Origin: Candidatus Woesearchaeota archaeon
GTDB lineage: Archaea; Nanobdellota; Nanobdellia; Woesearchaeales; GW2011-AR4
DNA length: 64,000 nucleotides
Direction of reading: 5' to 3'
Assembly (NCBI GenBank): GCA_016185945.1
Contig: JACPMR010000015.1
Location: 217,543 to 281,542 of the forward strand
Part shown: one piece after another, positions 28,350-38,420 of the stretch
Position numbering within the stretch: the stretch's first letter is position 1
Layout: each line of letters begins with the position of its first letter
Translations under genes and position numbers: made by a program
The notes under the pieces: generated by a model
Seen by the model: only the letters and a program-made list of their open reading frames with translations
Databases searched by the model: none
What the model was told of the DNA's origin: nothing

Positions 28350-28400
28350 TAAACATTTTAAAACTCTAGAATGTTACAAACAATATCCAAAGGTGAGAAC

Positions 28401-29414
28401 ATGATTGTGGTGATGAAGAAGGGCGCAGGCGAAAAACAGCTTGCCAAGGTAATTGAAAAAATAAAGGAAAATGGGTTGAAGGCACATATCTCGAAAGGAG
28501 ATTTTGTGACAGTAATAGGGATTTTAGGAGATGAAAGCAAAGTTCCTGAAGCGCAGATAAGGGCATTGGAGGGAGTAGAAAAGCTGATGCCTGTTTTGTC
28601 TCCTTACAAGCTTGTAAGCAAGGATTTTCATCCTGAAAAGACTGTTGTGACTGTTGATGGTGTTAAAATAGGAGGCAATGAAGCTGTTGTGATGGCAGGG
28701 CCTTGCACTGTTGAAAGCAAAGAGCAGATACTTGAGACAGCAAGGGCTGTGAAGAAAGCAGGAGCAAGAATACTAAGAGGAGGCGCTTTCAAGCCAAGAA
28801 CATCTCCTTATTCTTTCCAAGGACTGGGGGAGGAAGGTTTAAAGCTGTTAAAACTTGCAAAAGAAGAAACCGGACTGCCAATCATAACAGAGGTTATGGA
28901 CACTAGAAATGTCCCATTAGTTTGCAAGTATGCTGATATTTTGCAGGTTGGAGCGAGAAACATGCAAAACTTTGATTTGCTGAAGGAAGTTGGCAAATGC
29001 AGTCATCCTGTTCTGCTGAAAAGAGGAATTTCAGCAACAATTACGGAATGGTTTATGAGCGCAGAATACATAATGGCAGAAGGCAATCATAACATCATCT
29101 TATGTGAAAGAGGGATAAGAACTTTTGAGACATACACAAGAAATACTCTTGACTTGAATGCTGTGCCTGCTGTCAAGGAATTGACACATCTACCGATTAT
29201 TGTAGATCCGAGTCATGGTACTGGGAGATACAGCTTAGTCAGCCCAATGAGCAAGGCGGCAATTGCAGCAGGCGCAGATGGATTATTAATTGAGGTTCAT
29301 CCAAGCCCTGAAAAATCAGTGAGCGACGCAGACCAGACAATAAGCACGAAAAGGTTTGAGAAATTGATGGAAGAATTAAAGTTAATAGCGCATGCAATAG
29401 GAAGGAAAATATAA
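28401..29414 (+). CDS. aroF: DAHP synthase type I-beta with N-terminal regulatory domain
   Basis: [51 protein letters not shown]; SD aggtga precedes ATG 28401. Confidence 0.95.
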   Translation: MIVVMKKGAGEKQLAKVIEKIKENGLKAHISKGDFVTVIGILGDESKVPEAQIRALEGVEKLMPVLSPYKLVSKDFHPEKTVVTVDGVKIGGNEAVVMAGPCTVESKEQILETARAVKKAGARILRGGAFKPRTSPYSFQGLGEEGLKLLKLAKEETGLPIITEVMDTRNVPLVCKYADILQVGARNMQNFDLLKEVGKCSHPVLLKRGISATITEWFMSAEYIMAEGNHNIILCERGIRTFETYTRNTLDLNAVPAVKELTHLPIIVDPSHGTGRYSLVSPMSKAAIAAGADGLLIEVHPSPEKSVSDADQTISTKRFEKLMEELKLIAHAIGRKI

Positions 29415-29510
29415 GAAAATTGATTAGGTTGAAGACGATTAACAAATTCAATCAACAAACACGAGAGCTTCCTTTAAATAAAAGCAATATTGTAAAAATT
29501 AATCAATCCA

Positions 29511-29636
29511 GAGAGCGACTTTTGGAAGTCAAAGGAGAAGAAAGTGAACCGCTTTTACATAATGCACTTAAAGTCAAACAATATAGTGCAACAGCAATTG
29601 CGGGGCGCCCATTTTAACTAGCAGTGCTTGGGTCGC
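29511..29636 (+). repeat. Three-hairpin structured element (copy C) between aroF and aroB
   Basis: The 5' part matches 22019-22064 and the 3' part matches 6181-6257. Confidence 0.7.
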
Positions 29637-29671
29637 CTGATTGTTTTAAAAAATAGTATATTATATCAGAA

Positions 29672-30751
29672 ATGGAAACTATTAGAGTAAATTTGAAAGA
29701 AGAGATTGACAATTCTTATGTCATTTTAATAGATGAGGGGTTATTTGATAATCTGGCAAATGAGTTAAAACAAAAGCCGCTTGGAAATTATTATGCAATA
29801 ATAACTGACACTAATGTTGGGAAAGTTTACGGTAAAAAGTTGTTGGAAAATTTGCAAAGCAAAAATATCAATGCACATTTGATAACATCCCAAGCAGGAG
29901 AAAAAGGCAAAACAAGAAAGACAAAGGAAAAAATCGAGGATGAGATGCTTGAGCTCGGCTTGGGCAGAGACTCCTGCATCATTGCTCTTGGCGGCGGTGT
30001 TGTTGGCGACTTGGCGGGGTTTGTTGCTGCAACATACATGAGGGGAATTCCATACATTCAAGTTCCCACAAGCTTGCTTGCAATGGGTGACAGTTCAATA
30101 GGTGGCAAAGTTGCAGTAGATACACTGCATGCAAAGAATGTGATTGGCGCTTTCTACCAGCCGAAAAAAGTGATTATTGACTTGAATTTTCTGAGAACAT
30201 TACCAAAAAGCGAATTGGCGAATGGAATGGCTGAAGTAATCAAGCACGCTCTAATTAAAGACAAGGATTTCTTCCATTTTCTAGAAAAAAACATTGACAA
30301 GATTATGGATTTGGAGATATTAAAAAAAACAATTAAAAGGAGCTGCGAGATTAAGGCGGATATTATAATGCAAGATGAAAAGGAAAAAGGGCTTAGGAGA
30401 ATTCTCAATTATGGGCATACAATCGGGCATGCAATCGAAGCAGCATTGAGCTACAAAATAAGCCATGGAAATGCAATTGCGATTGGCATGAGCTATGCTG
30501 CAAAATTATCCGCAAAGAAGGGCTTTCTGCATGAAGGTTCTGTTATAAGGCAGAATAATCTGATGGAGTATATTGGCTTGCCGCACAGATTAAGCCATCA
30601 TAAATTGAAACCAAGAAAAATTCTGGGAAATATACAATATGACAAGAAAATCGTGGATGGAAAGATAAATTTTGTATTGTTGAATTCAATTGGAGATGCC
30701 TTTGTTTCTGATGAAATAACTTTGGACGATATTAAGCAAATATTGGAATAA
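29672..30751 (+). CDS. aroB: 3-dehydroquinate synthase
   Basis: ALGGGVVGDLAGF, RGIPYIQVPTSL, DSSIGGK, EVIKH, LNYGHTIGHAIE. Confidence 0.96.
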   Translation: METIRVNLKEEIDNSYVILIDEGLFDNLANELKQKPLGNYYAIITDTNVGKVYGKKLLENLQSKNINAHLITSQAGEKGKTRKTKEKIEDEMLELGLGRDSCIIALGGGVVGDLAGFVAATYMRGIPYIQVPTSLLAMGDSSIGGKVAVDTLHAKNVIGAFYQPKKVIIDLNFLRTLPKSELANGMAEVIKHALIKDKDFFHFLEKNIDKIMDLEILKKTIKRSCEIKADIIMQDEKEKGLRRILNYGHTIGHAIEAALSYKISHGNAIAIGMSYAAKLSAKKGFLHEGSVIRQNNLMEYIGLPHRLSHHKLKPRKILGNIQYDKKIVDGKINFVLLNSIGDAFVSDEITLDDIKQILE

Positions 30752-30758
30752 AAATAAA

Positions 30759-32234
30759 ATGATTGCTGCTGTTATAACTGAAAGAGATGAAAAAGACGCA
30801 CTTAATGCTATTAAGAAAATCAAAGACGCTGATTTGATTGAATTAAGACTGGATTATATCAAAAATTTAGATGATAAAAAATTAAAAAATCTAATCAAAA
30901 ATTGCAGAAAACCGGTTATTGCAACCTGCAGAAAGAAAAGCGAAGGTGGATTTTTTAGTGGAAGTGAAAATGAAAGAATTAATATATTAAAAAATGCTGT
31001 AAAATTAGGAGCGGATTATGTTGACATTGAATATTCTTCTGATAAAAATGTAATAAAAGATATTATAAAAAATAAAACTAAAGCAATTGTTTCCTGCCAT
31101 GATTTCAAACAAACTCCAAGCAATCTAGGAGATATTTACAATAACATAAAAAAATTAAATCCGGATTTAATCAAAATAGTCACGTATGCCAATTCTGTAA
31201 CAGATAACTTCAAGATTTTTGATTTGATAAAAACCGCAAACGAAGAAAACAAAAAAATAATTGCATTCTGCATGGGCTCTTATGGGCAGTTCAGCAGGAT
31301 TTTAAGCGCGATTCTTGGTTCACAAATAACATATAGCTCGATAGAAGAAGGTAAGGAATCAGCAGATTGTCAATTAACGATGAATGAAATGGTAAATTAT
31401 TACAGAATTAAAAAATTAAACAAAAATACAAAAGTTGTTGGATTGATTGGAAATCCAGTAGAGCATTCTTGGTCACATATAATACATAATTCTGCATTTG
31501 ACAAATTAAACATTAATGCTGTTTATTTAAAGTTTCAAGTGGATAAATTGAAAAAATTTATTGAGTATATGAAACCCCTGAATCTTATTGGATTTAGCGT
31601 CACAATCCCGCACAAAGTCGAGATTATGATGTATATTGATGGATTAGATAAGCAGGCAAAGGGGATTGGTGCTGTAAATACTCTTGTTGTTAAAAATGGT
31701 AAATTAATCGGATATAATACAGATTGCCCAGGAGCTATAAGAGCATTGAAGCAAAAAACAGAATTAAAAAACAAGAATGCTGTTGTTTTAGGAGCAGGCG
31801 GGGCAGCAAGGGCAATGGTTTATGGCTTAATAGAGAATAAATCAAATGTTACAATATTGAACAGGACTGTTGAAAAGGCAAAACTGCTTGCTGATTATTT
31901 TAAATGTGATTATGGCTCTTTGGATGATTTAAAAGATATTGATTATGATATTCTAATCAACACAACATCTGTTGGGATGTATCCAAAAGCTAATGAATTA
32001 CCTATTGGCAAAAATTCAATAAAAAATAACAAAATTGTTTTTGATATGGTTTTCAATCCCTTCAAGACAAAACTTCTTGTTGAGGCTGAAAAAAGAAACT
32101 GCACAATAATTAATGGTTTTGAGATGCTGATTTATGGAGCTTTGCTGCAGTTTAAATTATGGACTGGAAAAGATGCTCCGGAACAACTAATGAGGCAAAA
32201 AGTTATGGAATTTTTGAAAAATGCTAGCCATTAA
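30759..32234 (+). CDS. aroDE: Fused type I 3-dehydroquinase and shikimate dehydrogenase
   Basis: IELRLD, IVSCHDF and IKIV (AroD), then GNPVEHSWS, SVTIPHK, GAVNT, NTD and GAGGAA (AroE). Confidence 0.92.
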   Translation: MIAAVITERDEKDALNAIKKIKDADLIELRLDYIKNLDDKKLKNLIKNCRKPVIATCRKKSEGGFFSGSENERINILKNAVKLGADYVDIEYSSDKNVIKDIIKNKTKAIVSCHDFKQTPSNLGDIYNNIKKLNPDLIKIVTYANSVTDNFKIFDLIKTANEENKKIIAFCMGSYGQFSRILSAILGSQITYSSIEEGKESADCQLTMNEMVNYYRIKKLNKNTKVVGLIGNPVEHSWSHIIHNSAFDKLNINAVYLKFQVDKLKKFIEYMKPLNLIGFSVTIPHKVEIMMYIDGLDKQAKGIGAVNTLVVKNGKLIGYNTDCPGAIRALKQKTELKNKNAVVLGAGGAARAMVYGLIENKSNVTILNRTVEKAKLLADYFKCDYGSLDDLKDIDYDILINTTSVGMYPKANELPIGKNSIKNNKIVFDMVFNPFKTKLLVEAEKRNCTIINGFEMLIYGALLQFKLWTGKDAPEQLMRQKVMEFLKNASH

Positions 32235-33477
32235 AACAAAAAAATACATTAATGCAGTAATTGAAGCTCCGCCATCAAAAAGCTATACACAAAGGGCTTT
32301 GATAGTTGCAGCTTTGGCTAATGGAAAGTCAATAATAAAAAATCCTTTATTTAGTGATGACACTAATTACATGGTTTCTGCGCTGAAGCAATTCGGAGTT
32401 GAAATCAAGAAAAAAGGGAAAAATCTTGTTGTTTATGGAATAAATGGAAGGTTAAAAACCCCTGATAAGAATGTCTTTGTAGGAAATGCAGGCACTGCGA
32501 TGAGGTTTCTTGCTACATTTGCATCGCTTGCTGATGGTGATACTATAATAACAGGAGACAAGCGAATGCAGCAAAGACCCATACAGGACTTGCTTTATGC
32601 ACTGCAGCAGATTGGGGTGAACAGCAAAAGCAGTGATGGGTTTCCTCCTGTGAAGATTTTTGGCGGCTCTTTTAACGGAGGCAATATAAGGTTAAAGGGA
32701 GATTTAAGCAGCCAGTACTTGACATCAATTTTATTATGCGCTCCTTATGCAAAAAATAGTATTACAATGAACATAACGGAAAATCTAACTTCAAAGCCAT
32801 ATGTCGATATCACGCTTGATGTGATGAAAAAATTTGGAGTTGATGTCAAAAATATCAACTACAAAAAATTCATGATAAAAAATAATCAGAAATACAAGGC
32901 AAGAAACTATGCAATTGAAGGGGATGCTTCCAGCGCAAGCTATTTCTTTGCAGCAGCTGCAATTGCAAAGGGAAAGGTAATGGTAAAGAATATAAATCCA
33001 GCCTCAAAACAAGGTGATATTAAGTTTGTTGATATATTGAAGAAGATGGGGTGTGGCGTGAAGAAAGGCAAGAACTACATACAAATAGAAGGATATAGCT
33101 TGAAAAGCGTTGATGTTGACATGAATGAAATGCCCGATGTCGTACCTACGCTTGCTGTCACAAGCGTTTTTGCTGAAGGTACTACAACTATAAGAGATGT
33201 TCCTAATTTAAGATTAAAGGAGACTGATAGATTAAAGGCATTGGCCTTTGAATTAAGAAAGATTGGCGCTAATGTAGAAGAAATGCAGGACGGCTTGAAA
33301 ATAAAAAGAAGGAGGGTGCAGAAAGCGATAATTGAAACTTACAATGATCATAGAATGTCTATGAGCTTTGCAGTTGCTGGATTGGGAATAAATGGTATAA
33401 GGATAAAAAATCCTGCTTGTGTTAAAAAGTCATTTCCTGATTTTTGGGAAAAATTCAATGAGCTGTATAAAAAATGA
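32221..33477 (+). CDS. aroA: EPSP synthase
   Basis: PPSKSYTQR, GNAGTAMR, SSQY, EGDASSA, KETDR, DHRMSM. Confidence 0.96.
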   Translation: MLAIKTKKYINAVIEAPPSKSYTQRALIVAALANGKSIIKNPLFSDDTNYMVSALKQFGVEIKKKGKNLVVYGINGRLKTPDKNVFVGNAGTAMRFLATFASLADGDTIITGDKRMQQRPIQDLLYALQQIGVNSKSSDGFPPVKIFGGSFNGGNIRLKGDLSSQYLTSILLCAPYAKNSITMNITENLTSKPYVDITLDVMKKFGVDVKNINYKKFMIKNNQKYKARNYAIEGDASSASYFFAAAAIAKGKVMVKNINPASKQGDIKFVDILKKMGCGVKKGKNYIQIEGYSLKSVDVDMNEMPDVVPTLAVTSVFAEGTTTIRDVPNLRLKETDRLKALAFELRKIGANVEEMQDGLKIKRRRVQKAIIETYNDHRMSMSFAVAGLGINGIRIKNPACVKKSFPDFWEKFNELYKK

Positions 33478-33989
33478 ATATTGCTCTTATCGGCTTTAGG
33501 GGGGCTGGAAAGACAACTATTGCAAAATTGCTTTCAAGAAAATTGGGCAAAAAATTGATTTCAACAGATGGGGAAATTGAAAAAAGGACGAGAATGAGCA
33601 TTGCGAAGTTTGTTAAAAAATACGGCTGGGACAAATTCAGGGAAGTTGAATCAGATGTGATAGAATATATAAGTGATTTTGATGATTGCGTTTTTGACAC
33701 TGGCGGCGGCATAGTTATGAGAAATGAAAATGTAATTAATTTAAAGAAAAATGGGTTGGTGGTCCTGCTGACAGCAGATATAAAGACAACCACAAACAGG
33801 CTGAAGGCAGGCAAAGGCAGGCCTGCATTGACAAAAAAAGGAAATTTTCTTGAGGAAATAAAGGATGTTCTGAAAGAAAGAGAGGAAAGATACAAGAGGG
33901 CTGCTGATTACACAATCGATACTTCGAGATTAAAGCCAGAAGAGGCATGCGACTTGATAATGCATTATGTTCAGATGGAGATGCAGTAA
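33474..33989 (+). CDS. aroK: Shikimate kinase (bacterial AroK type)
   Basis: GFRGAGKTT, STD, FREVE, TGGGIV, RP...R; not the archaeal GHMP-type enzyme. Confidence 0.93.
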   Translation: MNIALIGFRGAGKTTIAKLLSRKLGKKLISTDGEIEKRTRMSIAKFVKKYGWDKFREVESDVIEYISDFDDCVFDTGGGIVMRNENVINLKKNGLVVLLTADIKTTTNRLKAGKGRPALTKKGNFLEEIKDVLKEREERYKRAADYTIDTSRLKPEEACDLIMHYVQMEMQ

Positions 33990-33990
33990 A

Positions 33991-35070
33991 ATGAATTCAT
34001 TCGGAACCTTGCTCAGGATAACAACATGGGGGGAAAGCCATGGCAAGGCAATTGGAGTTGTTGTAGATGGATGTCCTGCAGGGCTTGAGCTTAATGAAGA
34101 AGATGTGCAACAAGAGCTTGACAAAAGAGCGCCTGGGCAGAGCGAAGTAATGAGTCCAAGAAAAGAAGCTGACAAGGTAGAGATTCTTTCAGGAGTTTTT
34201 GAAGGCAAGACGACCGGAATGCCAATCTCAATGACTATCTACAACAAGGATGCTGATTCCTCAAAATATGAGAAAATAAAGCACTTGCTAAGGCCAGGGC
34301 ATGCTGATTTTACTTACCAGATTAAATACAAGCATCGAGATTACAGAGGCGGTGGCAGAAGCTCTGCTAGGGAAACAGCTGCAAGGGTTGCAGCAGGAGC
34401 AATTGCAAAGAAATTATTGGCAAAATATGAAATTAAAATAATCGCTTATGTAAAAGAAATTGCTGGAATAAAGGCTAATAAGATTAATTACAATGAAATT
34501 TACAAAAATAATGTAAGATGTCCTGACAAGACTGCTGCAAAGAAAATGGAAAAGGTAATTTTGAAAGCAAAAAATGAAGGTGATTCTGTAGGGGGCATAT
34601 GCGAGATTGTTGCATTGAACGTGCCTGCTGGACTTGGCAAGCCAATCTACAACAAGCTGGAATCGGATTTGGGCTCTGCAATTCTTGGCATTAATGCTGT
34701 AAAGGGGGTTGAATTTGGAGCTGGCTTTGGATTAGCTAATATGAAGGGCAGCCAATCAAATGATGAGTTTATATTAAAAAACAATAAAATTGTTACAAAA
34801 ACAAACAATCATGGAGGAATTTTGGGAGGAATATCAACAGGAATGCCTATTGTAATGCGGGCAGTTGTGAAGCCGGCATCCAGCATCTTAAAGAAACAAA
34901 AAACGATAAACTACAAGACAATGAAGCAGGAAACAATATCTGTTGAAGGAAGGCATGATCCTGCAACTATAGTGAGATTCCCGCCAATTGCAGAGGCAAT
35001 GACAGCTATTGTGCTTGCAGACCACATGCTTATGGCTGGCAAAATAAATCCTGATACATTATTGAAGTGA
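33991..35070 (+). CDS. aroC: Chorismate synthase
   Basis: GESHG, RPGHAD, GGGRSSARET, NNHGGILGGISTG, GRHDP. Confidence 0.96.
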   Translation: MNSFGTLLRITTWGESHGKAIGVVVDGCPAGLELNEEDVQQELDKRAPGQSEVMSPRKEADKVEILSGVFEGKTTGMPISMTIYNKDADSSKYEKIKHLLRPGHADFTYQIKYKHRDYRGGGRSSARETAARVAAGAIAKKLLAKYEIKIIAYVKEIAGIKANKINYNEIYKNNVRCPDKTAAKKMEKVILKAKNEGDSVGGICEIVALNVPAGLGKPIYNKLESDLGSAILGINAVKGVEFGAGFGLANMKGSQSNDEFILKNNKIVTKTNNHGGILGGISTGMPIVMRAVVKPASSILKKQKTINYKTMKQETISVEGRHDPATIVRFPPIAEAMTAIVLADHMLMAGKINPDTLLK

Positions 35071-35906
35071 GTTCTATGGTGAAAGTCGGCATTATTGGAG
35101 GAACAGGGCAAATTGGACAGTTTTTCAGGAAAATTTTTGAAAAAAATAATTGTGAAGTTTTGGTTTCATCAAGGACAACAAAATTAAAGCCAGAAGATTG
35201 CGCAAGGCAAAGCGACATAGTATTGGTTTCAGTGCCGATTGAGGTTACTGTTGATGTAATCAAAAGACTCTCTCCTTATATCAACAAAAATTCTTTGCTG
35301 ATGGACACAACATCAATAAAAAAAGAGCCAGTTGATGCTATGCTTCGCTATTCAAAATGTGAAGTAATTGGCATGCATCCGGTTTTCGGGCCTGGGGTTG
35401 AGTCATTAAAGAATCAAACAATTGTTTTGTGCCCAGCAAGAACAAAAAAATGGCTTAAATGGATTGTTGATATTTTTGAGAAAGATGGTGCAAAAATCAA
35501 GATAACAACTCCGGAAAAGCATGATGAGATGATGTCTGTAATACAAGGGTTAAACCATTTCAGCACTTTAAGCGTGGCGCATGCAATGAAAAATTTAGGA
35601 GTAAGCTTGAAAGAAAGCTTGGAATACACTAGCCCTATTTACAAGTTGAGGATGATTATGGTCGGAAGAATTTTGAATCAGGATGCAAACTTGTATGCAA
35701 GCATTGAGATAAAAAATTCTGAAAATAAAAAAATTTTGAAGATTTATGAAAAATCATCAAAAAAACTGCAAAGAATTATCGAGACAAAAAACACAAAAGA
35801 GTTTGTAAAATACTTCAATGAATGTGCTGAGTTTTTTGGCGGCTTCAAGAAAGAGGCTGAGGAGGTAAGCAATTATCTTATTAAGCAAATGGTTGATATG
35901 AAATGA
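35067..35906 (+). CDS. tyrA: Prephenate dehydrogenase
   Basis: GGTGQIG, DTTSIK, GMHPVFGP, HDEMMSVIQGLNH. Confidence 0.93.
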   Translation: MSSMVKVGIIGGTGQIGQFFRKIFEKNNCEVLVSSRTTKLKPEDCARQSDIVLVSVPIEVTVDVIKRLSPYINKNSLLMDTTSIKKEPVDAMLRYSKCEVIGMHPVFGPGVESLKNQTIVLCPARTKKWLKWIVDIFEKDGAKIKITTPEKHDEMMSVIQGLNHFSTLSVAHAMKNLGVSLKESLEYTSPIYKLRMIMVGRILNQDANLYASIEIKNSENKKILKIYEKSSKKLQRIIETKNTKEFVKYFNECAEFFGGFKKEAEEVSNYLIKQMVDMK

Positions 35907-36712
35907 AAATAGCGACTTTAGGCCCGGAAGGAACTTTCAGCCATGAAGCTGTGCTCAGATACAACAGCAAAGCAGGCATTTTGTTTACAGAGACTGTGAT
36001 GGATGCTTTTGAGGAAGTTGCTGACGGCAAGGCAGATTTTGGGATTGTGCCGATTGAGAATTCAATTGCAGGCACTGTTGGGCAGACTCTTGACTATTTG
36101 ATGAAGTTTGAGCTGAAAATTAAAGCTGAAGAGTTGGTTCCGATAAGCCATAATCTTTCTGGGTTTGGGAAGATAAGTGACATTAAAGTGCTGTATCTGC
36201 ATCCGCAAACCTATGAGCAATGCGAGTTATTTATTAAAGAAAATCTTCCAAAAGCTGAGATAATACAGACATCAAGCAACGGCAAGTCAGCAGAGATAAT
36301 TGCAAAATCAAAAGACAAGGCAAAGGCATCAATTATTCCGAAAATTGCAGCTGATATTTACAAGTTGAAGATACTTAAAAAAGATGTGCAGGACAACAGA
36401 TTCAATATAACAAGGTTTTTTGTAATAGGGCATGAAGACAGCAAGAAAACCGGGTATGACAGGACAAGCATTGCTGTATATCCGCAAGTTGACAGGCCTG
36501 GATTATTGCATGAAATGCTTGGCGAGTTTGCAAATAGAAAGATAAATTTGACCAAAATTGAGTCAAGGCCTTCAAAAGGAAAGCTTGGCGATTATATTTT
36601 TTACATTGATTTTCAGGGCCATAAATCAGAGAAGCATGTTGCAGAAGCATTAAAGAAATTAGAAGAGACTGCTTTTGTGACAGTGCTTGGGAGTTATCCG
36701 AGGAAATACTAA
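35903..36712 (+). CDS. pheA: Prephenate dehydratase with ACT domain
   Basis: LGPEGTFS, PIENS, NITRF, LTKIESRP. Confidence 0.94.
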   Translation: MKIATLGPEGTFSHEAVLRYNSKAGILFTETVMDAFEEVADGKADFGIVPIENSIAGTVGQTLDYLMKFELKIKAEELVPISHNLSGFGKISDIKVLYLHPQTYEQCELFIKENLPKAEIIQTSSNGKSAEIIAKSKDKAKASIIPKIAADIYKLKILKKDVQDNRFNITRFFVIGHEDSKKTGYDRTSIAVYPQVDRPGLLHEMLGEFANRKINLTKIESRPSKGKLGDYIFYIDFQGHKSEKHVAEALKKLEETAFVTVLGSYPRKY

Positions 36713-36713
36713 C

Positions 36714-38234
36714 ATGGATATCAAAAAATTAGCAGAAAGCCTTAATCCATTTGAAAGAAAGGTATTGAAAGTTTTGGATAATTTCAGCTCTTTTAATGAC
36801 ATTATGAAAGTAACTGGATTGAAGGATGTTGAAGTCATGCGGGCATTGCAATGGCTGCAGAATAAGAATGTTGTAAAGCTGAAAGAAGAACAGAAAGAGC
36901 TTGTTTATCTTGATGAAAATGGGCAGAAGTATTTGAAGTATGGCTTGCCTGAAAGAAGGTTTTTAGAAGTGATTGAAAAGCCTGCAAGAATAAGCGATGT
37001 TGCCAAAAAGACAGGGTTAAGCAATGATGAGATAACAATATCGCTTGGCGCTTTAAAATCAAAAGCAGCCATTGACATAACAAAAGAAAAGGAATTAATT
37101 ATTTCAATAACAGAGCAGGGAAAAAATATTCTAAAGCGGGGATTGCTTGAAGAGCAGTTCCTAAAAGAGCATTTTCCAAAAGAGGCTGCAAGCTTAAATG
37201 AAGAGGAAAAGTTTGTTTTTGAAAGCTTAAGAAAAAGAAAGAAAATAATCAAAGTTGAAAGAGCAAAGGTTATCAGCGCAGAGATTACAGAAATTGGAAA
37301 AAAATTATTTAAGGAAAAGATTGAAGAGGATTTGATAGAAAGGGTGACTCCTAGTTTAATCAAGACTGGCTCTTGGAAAGGAAAAAAATTCAGAAGATTT
37401 GATGTAAAGATCAATGTCCCTCCCATATTTGCAGGAAGAAAACAGCATTACAGAAAATTTCTTGAAGAAGTGAGGCAGAAATTTGTTGCTCTTGGCTTTA
37501 AGGAGATGGACGGCCCAATAATTGAGAGCGATTTCTGGGATATGGATGCTTTGTTCATGCCCCAGTTTCATTCTGCAAGGGACATACACCAAGGTTATTA
37601 CATAAAAGAGCCGAAGTATTCCAAAGATATCCCTGAAAATGTCTTGAAAAATGTAAAGGCAGCGCATGAAAATGGTTTTGATACAGGCTCGAAGGGCTGG
37701 AGATATGATTTTGACGTCAAAAGGACTCAAAGGCATATTTTAAGGACACATGACACTTCAATTTCAGCAAGGACACTTGCTTCCAAGGAATTGAAAATTC
37801 CAGGCAAGTATTTCCAGATTTCAAGATGCTTCAGGTATGATGTGGTTGATGCAACACATTTGCCTGACTTCAACCAAGTTGGAGGGTTTGTCATTGAAGA
37901 AGGCATTCATTTCGGGCATTTGAAAGCGCTACTAAGAATGTTTGCAGAGGAGTTTGCGGATGCCGAAGAAGTGAGGATAAAGCCGAGCTATTTTCCATTC
38001 ACAGAGCCAAGCGCTGAGCTGCAGGCAAAGCACCCGGAGTTTGGATGGATTGAGTTGGCGGGCTCTGGAATTTTCAGGCCTGAATTGGTTAAGCCCCTTG
38101 TTGGAAGAGAAGTGCCTGTTATTGCATGGGGTGTTGGCTTGGACAGACTGGCAATGTTCAAGCTTGGCATTAAGGATATAAGGCAATTGTTCAGCCATGA
38201 CTTGAAAGTGTTGAGGAATGCAAGGGCAATATGA
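36714..38234 (+). CDS. pheS: Phenylalanine-tRNA ligase alpha subunit
   Basis: FWDMDALF..QFHSARD, LRTH, FRYD...H..F.Q, FPFTEPS, G.GIFRPE, GLDRLAM. Confidence 0.96.
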   Translation: MDIKKLAESLNPFERKVLKVLDNFSSFNDIMKVTGLKDVEVMRALQWLQNKNVVKLKEEQKELVYLDENGQKYLKYGLPERRFLEVIEKPARISDVAKKTGLSNDEITISLGALKSKAAIDITKEKELIISITEQGKNILKRGLLEEQFLKEHFPKEAASLNEEEKFVFESLRKRKKIIKVERAKVISAEITEIGKKLFKEKIEEDLIERVTPSLIKTGSWKGKKFRRFDVKINVPPIFAGRKQHYRKFLEEVRQKFVALGFKEMDGPIIESDFWDMDALFMPQFHSARDIHQGYYIKEPKYSKDIPENVLKNVKAAHENGFDTGSKGWRYDFDVKRTQRHILRTHDTSISARTLASKELKIPGKYFQISRCFRYDVVDATHLPDFNQVGGFVIEEGIHFGHLKALLRMFAEEFADAEEVRIKPSYFPFTEPSAELQAKHPEFGWIELAGSGIFRPELVKPLVGREVPVIAWGVGLDRLAMFKLGIKDIRQLFSHDLKVLRNARAI

Positions 38235-38419
38235 AAGGGAAAAAACAATTCATAAAGATATGCCCGAAATGTGGGAATATAGACATTCCAGTAAAGACTG
38301 GATTTATCGAAATGCTTGCCCCAGTGCCGGAAAAATGCAGGAAATGCAGCTACACTGGGTTGTTTCCTGAGATAGATATAAGCGAGGTTGAAGAATTTAG
38401 GAGAGATTTGAAAAGATAA
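38231..38419 (+). CDS. Small zinc-ribbon protein
   Basis: CPKC and CRKC pairs; tightly packed between pheS and pheT. Confidence 0.65.
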   Translation: MKGKKQFIKICPKCGNIDIPVKTGFIEMLAPVPEKCRKCSYTGLFPEIDISEVEEFRRDLKR

Positions 38420-38420
38420 A

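Noticed and set aside
29420-29617. 65-aa ORF between aroF and aroB
   Set aside because: TTG start, no motif, and it runs through repeat copy C; probably spurious.
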